Source: Escherichia phage PMBT57
Sequence record: MG770228.1
DNA: 64,000 nucleotides
Direction: 5' to 3' (one strand)
The position numbers and the translations under genes were made by a program. A model generated the notes under the pieces. That model had not been told where the DNA came from. It made no database searches and worked only from the letters and a program-made list of their open reading frames with translations. This document shows positions 55,012 through 63,259 of this stretch, in pieces (position 1 is the first letter of the stretch; each line of letters begins with the position of its first letter).

Positions 55012-55182
55012 ATGATTAAAAAACTTATTTGTAAACTTATTGCAGCAATCTTAATTAGTATTATTGGTATTGCATGGGTAATTTCTACTCCAGATAACGT
55101 TATGCAACAAATTTATTATGCTGTGTATACATCAACCTCTTTTGTTTGGGTTTATGTAATGTACCGTATTTGTAGCGACTAA
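55012..55182 (+). CDS. small two-TM membrane protein, 56 aa (below the track threshold)
   Basis: Hand-translated as MIKKLICKLIAAILISIIGIAWVISTPDNVMQQIYYAVYTSTSFVWVYVMYRICSD. It starts 1 nt after the HNH stop. Confidence 0.5.
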   Translation: MIKKLICKLIAAILISIIGIAWVISTPDNVMQQIYYAVYTSTSFVWVYVMYRICSD

Positions 55183-55211
55183 TACTTAATATAGCTTAAC
55201 TGGAGAGTAAA

Positions 55212-56270
55212 ATGGCTAGTATTGATTCTATTGCCGTATGTAATCCACGGCAGGTACGTAAATTTGTTGAACACTGTATCCGTTCAGGATTGGTTCCATT
55301 TATCACTTCATCTCCTGGTATGGGTAAATCTGCAATTGTTCATCAGATTGCAGAAGACTTTGGTCTGAAACTGATTGACCATCGTCTGTCTACTTCAGCA
55401 CCAGAAGACCTGTCAGGTCTGCCGCGTTTTAAAGAAAATGGTCGTGCTGAATTTGCTCCATTTGATGAGCTATTCCCACTGGAAGGGGATACTGTACCTG
55501 AAGGATTTAATGGCTGGCTCCTTTTTCTCGATGAGTTTAACTCTGCTCGTAAAGAGATTCAGGCTGCTGCTTATAAACTGGTACTCGACCGTATGACTGG
55601 TCAGAAGAAGCTACATCCTTATGTAGCTATCGTATGTGCTGGTAACAAAGCAACTGACCGTGCCATTACTAATAACCTGTCTACAGCTATGCAATCACGC
55701 CTTATTCATCTGGAAATGGAGACTGATTTTGATGTCTTTATGGAAGATGTAGCTATCCCTAACAAGTGGGATGAACGTGTAATTGCATTCCTGAATGCTA
55801 ACCCAAATAAACTGAATGATTTTGAACCAGACCATCAAGAGAAGACTTTCTGTTGTTCTCGTACATGGGAGTTCGTTAACAAGATTGTTTCCATTCTCCC
55901 ACCGGGACCGATTGATAGTGAAATGACTCTGCTGTTAGCAGGCACTATCACCTCTGGTGTAGCAACATCATTCGTCCAGTTTACTCAGGTCTATAGCAAC
56001 ATGGTGTCTTTGAATGAGATTTTGGATAATCCTAAGAAAGCTCGTATGCCTGAAGACAATAACCTGTTGTGGGCTGTAGTCACTTCACTAATTAACAATA
56101 CTGACGAAGATAATCATTCGAAAATCTTTGATTACGTTGAACGTATGCCGTTTACGTTCAAGGTTTTGTACTACCGTTCTGTAGGTAGTTTGGTTCCAGC
56201 TTTGGTTAAATTACCAAACTGGCGTGTTGCTGCAATCACATTATCTAAATACGTTCATGGTTCCAATTAA
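55212..56270 (+). CDS. MoxR-like AAA+ ATPase
   Basis: 352 aa. Walker A SSPGMGKS, Walker B LLFLDEFN, and sensor-like VCAGNKATD. Confidence 0.8.
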   Translation: MASIDSIAVCNPRQVRKFVEHCIRSGLVPFITSSPGMGKSAIVHQIAEDFGLKLIDHRLSTSAPEDLSGLPRFKENGRAEFAPFDELFPLEGDTVPEGFNGWLLFLDEFNSARKEIQAAAYKLVLDRMTGQKKLHPYVAIVCAGNKATDRAITNNLSTAMQSRLIHLEMETDFDVFMEDVAIPNKWDERVIAFLNANPNKLNDFEPDHQEKTFCCSRTWEFVNKIVSILPPGPIDSEMTLLLAGTITSGVATSFVQFTQVYSNMVSLNEILDNPKKARMPEDNNLLWAVVTSLINNTDEDNHSKIFDYVERMPFTFKVLYYRSVGSLVPALVKLPNWRVAAITLSKYVHGSN

Positions 56271-56436
56271 CAAGAAAGGAGTTACAGACCTCCTGTATGT
56301 TGCTGGCTTTAACGGTGAAGAAATTACCGTATATGCCCCAAGTCTGGCTGCTGCTAAACAAAAGGCAGTTGAATACTTTCGTCCAAAGAAACGTGTAGCC
56401 CATACTATTTGGGTTCATCTCGCAGAGGAAAACTGA
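56257..56436 (+). CDS. small hypothetical protein between the ATPase and VWA genes
   Basis: 59 aa from the ATG at 56257 (the track gives a GTG at 56224). It overlaps the ATPase 3' end, and its stop is adjacent to the next start. Confidence 0.5.
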   Translation: MVPINKKGVTDLLYVAGFNGEEITVYAPSLAAAKQKAVEYFRPKKRVAHTIWVHLAEEN

Positions 56437-56437
56437 T

Positions 56438-57580
56438 ATGTCCATGACAGATGCTCAATTAACCCGTGAATATGACAGATGTCAGGCTAAAGCCTTTATG
56501 GGCAAAACTGCTGCATTCTTTGGTTCACTGTTATGTTCTCTGAAGTTCCGTTGGGTAAAAGATGGCTGTGATACAGCACAAACCGATGGTGAGCATCTCG
56601 AATGGAATCCTGATTGGTTTGAGAGTCTATTACCTGAATCTCGTGTAACAGTACTCATGCATGAACTATGGCATGTCGGCTTACTGCATTCTGTTCGTAT
56701 GGGTTCTCGTGACCCAGAAGTATGGAATTATGCCTGTGATATTTATATCAACAATCAGCTTATTCAGGATGGCTACAGCTTTATAGGAATCGAAAATTGC
56801 TGGAAAGACCCTAAGTATGCTGGTTGGGCTGAAGAACAAATCTATGATGACCTCATGAGCAAACAGATACGTCCTCCTAAAGCATCAGGTGCTTTTGGGA
56901 CTGGCTCAGGTGGTGACATGAAACCTTCCACTTCGAAGGCTAGTCAGGTGAATATTGTCAATAATGTAGTAAGAGCCATGCACCAACAGAAACTATCTGG
57001 TGGTTCTTTGCCTGGGGTATTACCTGGAAAAATGGAAGAAGTTATTACTCAATTCCTGAAACCAGTAGTACCGTGGCAGGTTTTACTTGAACGCTTCTTC
57101 AATGACCTGCAAGAAACTTACTACTCATGGCAACGGCCTAATCGTAGATACCCTGATATGTACCTACCATCCCCTATGGATGATGACGGTAGACTGGAAC
57201 ATCTGGCTTATTTCCTCGATACATCTGGCTCCATTAAACCTAAAGATGCTTTACGCTTTAGCTCTGAAGTGGCCTATGTAAAAGAGAAATATCAGCCTCA
57301 GAAGATGACTCTAGTTCAGTTCACTACAGAGATTGTAGATGAACAAGTCATTGAAGATGGTGATAAGTTTACTGATGTCACTATCAAAGGACGGGGTGGT
57401 ACTAGTCTGGTTCCTGTACGTGAGTGGATTATTAAGCATAAGCCTACTGCTGCCATTATCTTTACTGACTTAGAAGTCAGACCGATGGAACCATTGCCAT
57501 TTGATATTCCTGTCATATGGGTAGTTATTCGTAACCCTGGTGCACAAGTTCCATTTGGGAAAGTTATTAACATTACATGA
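56438..57580 (+). CDS. VWA-domain protein with an N-terminal metallopeptidase-like HExxH domain (DUF2201-type partner of MoxR)
   Basis: 380 aa. Contains VLMHELWHVGLLH (HExxH) and a MIDAS-like FLDTSGS (DxSxS). Confidence 0.8.
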   Translation: MSMTDAQLTREYDRCQAKAFMGKTAAFFGSLLCSLKFRWVKDGCDTAQTDGEHLEWNPDWFESLLPESRVTVLMHELWHVGLLHSVRMGSRDPEVWNYACDIYINNQLIQDGYSFIGIENCWKDPKYAGWAEEQIYDDLMSKQIRPPKASGAFGTGSGGDMKPSTSKASQVNIVNNVVRAMHQQKLSGGSLPGVLPGKMEEVITQFLKPVVPWQVLLERFFNDLQETYYSWQRPNRRYPDMYLPSPMDDDGRLEHLAYFLDTSGSIKPKDALRFSSEVAYVKEKYQPQKMTLVQFTTEIVDEQVIEDGDKFTDVTIKGRGGTSLVPVREWIIKHKPTAAIIFTDLEVRPMEPLPFDIPVIWVVIRNPGAQVPFGKVINIT

Positions 57581-57586
57581 GGTTTT

Positions 57587-58093
57587 ATGGTTGTTAATGG
57601 AAAACTATTGTTAGGTGCTATGCCCATTAAAGGCATGGTCAACAGTAAACTCAGTTCAGGTGAGACTACGTTTGGACTGGGAGAAGCTGGTTATGACATC
57701 CGTATTAAACAGGATGTTACCTTCTACCGATTTCTTGGTTTGATTCCCTGCATCAAGATTAAGGATGAAGGAAAGACCAAGTGGAAGTTTGGCACTTTCA
57801 CATTAGCTTCTGCAATGGAACGTTTCAATGTACCTGCTGGCCTAGTAGGTATTGTCCATGACAAATCTACATGGGCAAGGCGTACATTATCTGTATTCAA
57901 TACCGTTATTGAACCAGGATGGTCAGGCTACCTGACTTTAGAACTGGTTTATCACGGTCGTAAAAAACTTCATATCCCTGCTGGTTCAGGTATTGCTCAG
58001 GTTATCTTCCATGAGACAGTAGAGAATACTGCTTACAATGGACGATACCAGAACCAGCCTAATCAACCTGTAGCTGCTAAGTCAGCTCGTTAA
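57587..58093 (+). CDS. dcd: dCTP deaminase (dUTPase superfamily)
   Basis: 168 aa. Contains GEAGYDIRI and VIEPGWSGYLTLELV, matching the dCTP deaminase IDPGFxGxITLEL signature. Confidence 0.85.
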   Translation: MVVNGKLLLGAMPIKGMVNSKLSSGETTFGLGEAGYDIRIKQDVTFYRFLGLIPCIKIKDEGKTKWKFGTFTLASAMERFNVPAGLVGIVHDKSTWARRTLSVFNTVIEPGWSGYLTLELVYHGRKKLHIPAGSGIAQVIFHETVENTAYNGRYQNQPNQPVAAKSAR

Positions 58094-58106
58094 TTAAGGA
58101 AATATC

Positions 58107-58307
58107 ATGTCTATCTTTACTACTAAGGTTAATGGTCAAAAAGTTACTGTTGTTGCTCGTAACGTAGCTTACGTTACTGAAAACAGTGAAGGCCGTGGTG
58201 TAATTACTTTTACTAACGGTGATTCCATTGATACCCAGGTAGGTTATGACTCTATCCGTCGTAACGTAGCTAAAGCACTTGATGGTGCTAAAGACATCGC
58301 AGAGTAA
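58107..58307 (+). CDS. hypothetical protein
   Basis: 66 aa with an AAGGAAA RBS. Confidence 0.7.
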   Translation: MSIFTTKVNGQKVTVVARNVAYVTENSEGRGVITFTNGDSIDTQVGYDSIRRNVAKALDGAKDIAE

Positions 58308-58320
58308 GGTGTTTACAGTA

Positions 58321-58347
58321 ATGGGGCTACTATATAGCCCCATTTAT
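58321..58347 (+). terminator. hairpin terminator (first of a tandem pair)
   Basis: ATGGGGCTA-CTATA-TAGCCCCAT followed by TTAT. Confidence 0.55.
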
Positions 58348-58382
58348 GGAAATTCCTTTCTCCATTGCTTAGTCCCAACTAT

Positions 58383-58405
58383 GCCCACTTTATGTGGGCT
58401 TTTTT
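58383..58405 (+). terminator. intrinsic terminator (second of a tandem pair)
   Basis: GCCCAC-TTTAT-GTGGGC followed by TTTTTT. Confidence 0.8.
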
Positions 58406-58420
58406 AATTAGAGACTATGT

Positions 58421-58663
58421 ATGAGCAAACTAGGTATACACGTTTACATAGATGAAGCCGAGAAGATATACCCCTATACATTATTTAGTTCCAGTGATTT
58501 ACTTCAGATGAAGGTAAACTCCATCATCGTAAACTACTGGTATAACGATAAGAATTGGGATTACTGGGCTGCACGACAGAAGAGTAAGAACAAGAAAGAT
58601 ATATTCAAAAGCAAATCAACTCCACACATGTTTCCTTGGTATCACAGAAACCGGAGATATTGA
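58421..58663 (+). CDS. hypothetical protein
   Basis: 80-aa ORF with a basic, Trp/Tyr-rich C-terminus. Confidence 0.7.
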   Translation: MSKLGIHVYIDEAEKIYPYTLFSSSDLLQMKVNSIIVNYWYNDKNWDYWAARQKSKNKKDIFKSKSTPHMFPWYHRNRRY

Positions 58664-59124
58664 TGACAAGAATACCATTTTTAAAACCCAGAAAACGAAC
58701 ACCAAAGCTGTATCAAAAGACTTCAGAAGACGGTTTAGCCTTGAACCAGAAAGCTATTAAGGCTGTTAGTGCACTGGTTCAAGGTAAACAGGATGCTGTT
58801 GCTTTACGTCTTGTTGTTGAGCAAATCTTAGTTGCTCTGACACTGGCTCAGGTAGCTAAACAAGAAGGTAAACAAGAAACCTGTAAAACAGCATTAGGTG
58901 CTTTGTACTGGTTGTATAAAGACCTTGCTGACAACTTTGAAATGTCTATGGATAAGTGGCAGGGCATTTCTTGTGTACTTGCTCTTAGAGAAGGGCAGGA
59001 ATTACTGTCTACTCTACCAAAAGCAGAATTTAAACTAGCCTACACTGGAGCACATAAGATTGTTCTTGGTTCCAGTAAGGACATCTTTAACCACCTCAAG
59101 CTATTCAAGGCTTTCTATGATTAA
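58663..59124 (+). CDS. hypothetical protein
   Basis: 153 aa from the ATG at 58663 (GGAGA RBS; TGATG overlap with the upstream stop). Confidence 0.7.
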   Translation: MTRIPFLKPRKRTPKLYQKTSEDGLALNQKAIKAVSALVQGKQDAVALRLVVEQILVALTLAQVAKQEGKQETCKTALGALYWLYKDLADNFEMSMDKWQGISCVLALREGQELLSTLPKAEFKLAYTGAHKIVLGSSKDIFNHLKLFKAFYD

Positions 59125-60058
59125 TGCAAAAATCCTCGCTGATAGTATTACTCTTTCTGGTGACCGTCTGGTAACAATGGAGCTGGTTTATCCACGTTTC
59201 ATTCATTCAGAATTTATGACTCACCGAGCACTTAATCGTAATGCTTCTAGTAGTCGTGCTATTCCTACCCAACGCCTTATTGAGCAAGTTCGTAATGAAC
59301 CAGTAATGCCAGTACATTGGGGTAAGAACCAGAAAGGAATGCAGGCAAGTGAAGAACTCACTCCTATGGAAATTAAGGATGCCGAGTTCATCTGGGAAAA
59401 TGCTGCCTCTGCTGCTGCTGTGTATGCTGAACAACTTCGTCGTGGACAAGTACATAAGCAGATTGTGAATCGTATTCTGGAACCATTCACGCATATCCGT
59501 GTAGTAGTGACAGCTACTCAATGGAATAACTTCTTTGGTTTACGCATTCATCCTGATGCTCAACCAGAGATTTGTGAATTGGCTACTAAGATGAAGGAAC
59601 AGTATGACCAATCAAAATCCCGTACCCTGTTGGCTGGGGAATGGCATTTGCCGTACATCACTAATAGTGATTACCTTGATGCTTACGATTATTGCAAACA
59701 TCAACGAATTACTCGTGATGAACCAAGTAGTGATGAGATTAATTGCCTGTTAGTAAAAATCTCTGCTGCTCGTTGTGCCCGTGCTTCCTATAACAACTTT
59801 AAAGGTACTCCTTCTACTATCGAAGAAGACCTACGTTTGTTCTCTAAATTGGTTGAAAGTAAGCCTGTTCACGCAAGCCCTACTGAACATCAAGCAACTC
59901 CTCAGCATGTAATGAGTAAAGGCTTAAATGAGCCTACTGACCCATCTACATGGGAAAATGGCATTAGCCACATGGACAGAGATTTACGTTTATACTCAGG
60001 TAATCTGTGTGGCTGGATTCAATTCCGTAAGCTGCTTGCAGATGAATGCATCCACTAA
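59117..60058 (+). CDS. thyX: flavin-dependent thymidylate synthase (ThyX)
   Basis: 313 aa from the ATG at 59117 (ATGATTAA overlap). HSEFMTHRALNRNASSSRAIP matches the ThyX RHR-x7-S-type signature. Confidence 0.8.
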   Translation: MINAKILADSITLSGDRLVTMELVYPRFIHSEFMTHRALNRNASSSRAIPTQRLIEQVRNEPVMPVHWGKNQKGMQASEELTPMEIKDAEFIWENAASAAAVYAEQLRRGQVHKQIVNRILEPFTHIRVVVTATQWNNFFGLRIHPDAQPEICELATKMKEQYDQSKSRTLLAGEWHLPYITNSDYLDAYDYCKHQRITRDEPSSDEINCLLVKISAARCARASYNNFKGTPSTIEEDLRLFSKLVESKPVHASPTEHQATPQHVMSKGLNEPTDPSTWENGISHMDRDLRLYSGNLCGWIQFRKLLADECIH

Positions 60059-60103
60059 GTAGGTCTTTTGTGGGTGTAGACCACTCATAATAAACTCCGC
60101 TAT

Positions 60104-60131
60104 TTGCCTCCTACATGGAGGCAATTTTTTT
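60104..60131 (+). terminator. intrinsic terminator
   Basis: TTGCCTCC-TACAT-GGAGGCAA followed by T7. Confidence 0.85.
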
Positions 60132-60155
60132 GATTCCATGTACATAGGAGGCTAT

Positions 60156-60389
60156 ATGGCTAAACCACGTAAATTCCGTATTAAGGATAAGCCTGTAATG
60201 GGTAGTGCTGCTGGTCAGTCACATGAGAAAGGAGACATTGTTTATGAATGCCTTCAGTATGATTACGGCGTTGCTCATGATGACACTCGTGCTACTGGTG
60301 TCCCACATACCTCAGTAACTCTTGAGGAAGATGGTAGTTACCCATTCTTCACTGTTCCTACTCATAACCTGGAAGAAATTCATGATTGA
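60156..60389 (+). CDS. hypothetical protein
   Basis: 77 aa from the ATG at 60156, with an AGGAGG RBS 6 nt upstream. Confidence 0.75.
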   Translation: MAKPRKFRIKDKPVMGSAAGQSHEKGDIVYECLQYDYGVAHDDTRATGVPHTSVTLEEDGSYPFFTVPTHNLEEIHD

Positions 60390-60708
60390 CCCAAATATCA
60401 TCCATGCCAAAACAGGCGAATCCCATAAGCTGTCTGAATATTCCAAAGTAGAAGATATTGCAGTTTGTCCTGCAAATATTGCTTCTCTTTGTATCTGTAT
60501 TGCAGAGCTATCTAAAGAACGCCAACTATGGTTATCTCCTAATAAAACAATGGTTCAGGCAGGTCTGGCAGAAGTACAACGTATGCTGGATGAATGGTCT
60601 GAAGACCAGATGTTCATTGATGGCAATGCAGAAGCAATAACCGATGACATGGCCTCTGATATGGCTGTGTTTGTATTACAAGCAATGGCTGAAAAGCGTA
60701 GTAGTTAA
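60382..60708 (+). CDS. hypothetical protein
   Basis: 108 aa from the ATG at 60382 (ATGATTGA overlap with the upstream stop). Confidence 0.7.
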   Translation: MIDPNIIHAKTGESHKLSEYSKVEDIAVCPANIASLCICIAELSKERQLWLSPNKTMVQAGLAEVQRMLDEWSEDQMFIDGNAEAITDDMASDMAVFVLQAMAEKRSS

Positions 60709-60733
60709 TTAATAATTTACTGGAGAAAATTCG

Positions 60734-63259
60734 ATGCAAGTAGCTGACTCTACTGAACTGACCACATCAGCAACGTTGGGTGCTCAAGATGCTATGGCCT
60801 TCGGTATTTCTGAAGACCCAGCATTCTTCCAAATACTCAGTGCTAACCTCTATTCTAATCAGAAACTGGCAATGGTACGTGAGACATTGTGCAATAGCTG
60901 GGATGCTCATATTGAGGGGAATAAAACAGATATTCCTATCCATGTAACCATTGATAAAGATGGTTTCCTTATCTTCCGTGACTATGGTTCTGGTATTCCT
61001 AAAGATAAGATTCAAGAGGTCTATGGGGTATATGGTGCATCTACCAAGAAAGCTAATACTGCTTCCACCGGTGGCTTTGGCTTAGGATGTAAATCCCCTA
61101 TGGCCTATACAGACAGTTTTACTGTCACATCTATGTGTGACGGAACCAAGACTGTCTATCACATTGCTAAATCTTCTGTTGAGACTAACGGTAAACCAGG
61201 GATTATTCCTATCGTTAGCGTACCTACTGAAGAATCCGGGCTTGAAGTTAAAATTCAGCTTCAGTCAGAAGATATTTTAGAAATTGATTCATATATTCGA
61301 GCCATTGTATTACATGGTGAGATTAAATGTATTTACTGCAATCAGTATACAGGACCAAATACAGTAGAATTACTGCCTGTACTGGGTATGTCTTTTGAAC
61401 CAGGTAGCTATAACCTAGACCATAGCACATGGCATAAATATTACATGGGCAGTCATTCAATATTTATCCGTTATGGTAATGTTATGTACCCTGCTTTGGA
61501 TACCCCTGCTACACATGAAGCATTAAAACTGGTTAAACAGTTTATGCAGGTTATTAACTGTAGCCGTATCGTTGTTCAAGCTGCCCCATCATCACTAGCT
61601 GTAGCACCTAGCCGTGAAACACTGTCATCTCAAAAAATGACCGAAGACGGTATCGTAAATTTGGCTGTAGCTTTAGTAGATAAAATGGAAGCAGATATTA
61701 AAGCTCGTCTTCCAAATGCTATTGAATATATTGGAAAAGCTATTAAAGAATATAGTCCTCACCGTTTTGAAGTAAATAGTTATTTGCCTTACACCAATTT
61801 AGTGCCTGATGTTATTGTCAGTCGTTATATGTCCTCTACTTTATTCAGTAAGCAATATGCTCATCTGTGTAAGAAATGGGGGAATATGGAAATTGACCGT
61901 CAACTAGAACATCCTGCACTGGCTCATTTCTCTGGTTCTCAAAAAGCCCATCTCCGTAAGCATTTAAAGAGGGCTAAGGATTTACGTAATTACAGGGAAT
62001 TAACTAAAGTATTTACTGATATGGCTATTAAGCCGATGTTCAAAACCTTTGCTAAATTAGGGATTACTAAAGGTATTTCTCTATTTCACTATCAATATGG
62101 TGTTGAACTGTGGCGTAATAATATTGTTAATAGTGTCCGTAGAATACACTCATTAAACTTCATGACTTATAGTTCTAAGAAGTGCCGTGTATTTGTTACC
62201 CCACGTATTACCAATATTGAAGATAGTCTGGCTGGGTATCCAGAGTTTGATAATCTTTCTACTGAGACACTGGTGAAATATAACTCAATCATTGTCAAAG
62301 TTGGAACCAAGAAAGGTGAAGCAGAGGCTATGACTAATCTGCTCACTAAAGCAGGATACGAAGTCACTAATATGGCTGAGTATCATGAGTGGGATTGTAT
62401 AGCTCGCAGACGTAAAGAGGAACAAGAGGCTAAATTAGCCATTTCCAAATTACAAGCTAAGAAAGCTACTAATAAGAAAAAGGTTAGTCCTAATCGTCTT
62501 ATTAGTATGAATATCCTTGAAATACCAAAAGAGCATCGTAGCTATTCGAGTGAAGTATGTGGTTCTCACTACGCTTCTCGTTCTCATGACCGAATGGTTG
62601 ATGTAGATACTCCCCAGTATTACATCATGCAGGAAGATATTAATAACTACACAGGAAGGCTTGGTGTTCTTTCTATGTGGCAATTAACCCCTGCTACCAT
62701 TAAAGATGTGACTGTTGTTTGTCGTAATAAAATTGAACGTAATAAAGCTATTAAGCGAGGTGCTGTTCATTTGGATGAATGGACTGCTCCGTATATTGCT
62801 TCAGTTCTTACATCCAAACAATTCATTAAGTATGTCACTAAAGAACGTCAGAAAACGTTAAGTGATATTGGTATTTACTCCAAACACCTCAGATTACTGA
62901 GAGAACTAGATATTACATATGCCCCATTGAAAGGTCTGCGTTATGACCCAGAACTGGAGAATGCTTATCTCTTCTTACAAAGTAGTAGCTACCCTAAGCT
63001 ACGTGCATTGTTAGGGAAGGGTCTGATTACTGAAGAAGAGTATCACTTCCTCAGTGATGTTGATGTGCATTGCAAGACTTTCAGTAAGTACTCGGAACTT
63101 CGTAGGATACCGAAGATGTTCCTTGATATTGATGCTGGGGGTTATATGTTGGCTGCATGTACTGTAGACACATTGCTTCGTGAAATCGAACAATTCCCTG
63201 AATCAATCCCTGCAATCAAACTGCTTGTAAAAGCTGCTCTTAAACGGAATACAGACTGA
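60734..63259 (+). CDS. rIIA: rIIA-like protein (N-terminal GHKL/Bergerat ATPase fold)
   Basis: 841 aa. N-box-like ETLCNSWDAH, G1 DYGSGI and G2 GGFGLG. The large size and pairing with a downstream coupled gene match phage rIIA/rIIB. Confidence 0.7.
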   Translation: MQVADSTELTTSATLGAQDAMAFGISEDPAFFQILSANLYSNQKLAMVRETLCNSWDAHIEGNKTDIPIHVTIDKDGFLIFRDYGSGIPKDKIQEVYGVYGASTKKANTASTGGFGLGCKSPMAYTDSFTVTSMCDGTKTVYHIAKSSVETNGKPGIIPIVSVPTEESGLEVKIQLQSEDILEIDSYIRAIVLHGEIKCIYCNQYTGPNTVELLPVLGMSFEPGSYNLDHSTWHKYYMGSHSIFIRYGNVMYPALDTPATHEALKLVKQFMQVINCSRIVVQAAPSSLAVAPSRETLSSQKMTEDGIVNLAVALVDKMEADIKARLPNAIEYIGKAIKEYSPHRFEVNSYLPYTNLVPDVIVSRYMSSTLFSKQYAHLCKKWGNMEIDRQLEHPALAHFSGSQKAHLRKHLKRAKDLRNYRELTKVFTDMAIKPMFKTFAKLGITKGISLFHYQYGVELWRNNIVNSVRRIHSLNFMTYSSKKCRVFVTPRITNIEDSLAGYPEFDNLSTETLVKYNSIIVKVGTKKGEAEAMTNLLTKAGYEVTNMAEYHEWDCIARRRKEEQEAKLAISKLQAKKATNKKKVSPNRLISMNILEIPKEHRSYSSEVCGSHYASRSHDRMVDVDTPQYYIMQEDINNYTGRLGVLSMWQLTPATIKDVTVVCRNKIERNKAIKRGAVHLDEWTAPYIASVLTSKQFIKYVTKERQKTLSDIGIYSKHLRLLRELDITYAPLKGLRYDPELENAYLFLQSSSYPKLRALLGKGLITEEEYHFLSDVDVHCKTFSKYSELRRIPKMFLDIDAGGYMLAACTVDTLLREIEQFPESIPAIKLLVKAALKRNTD

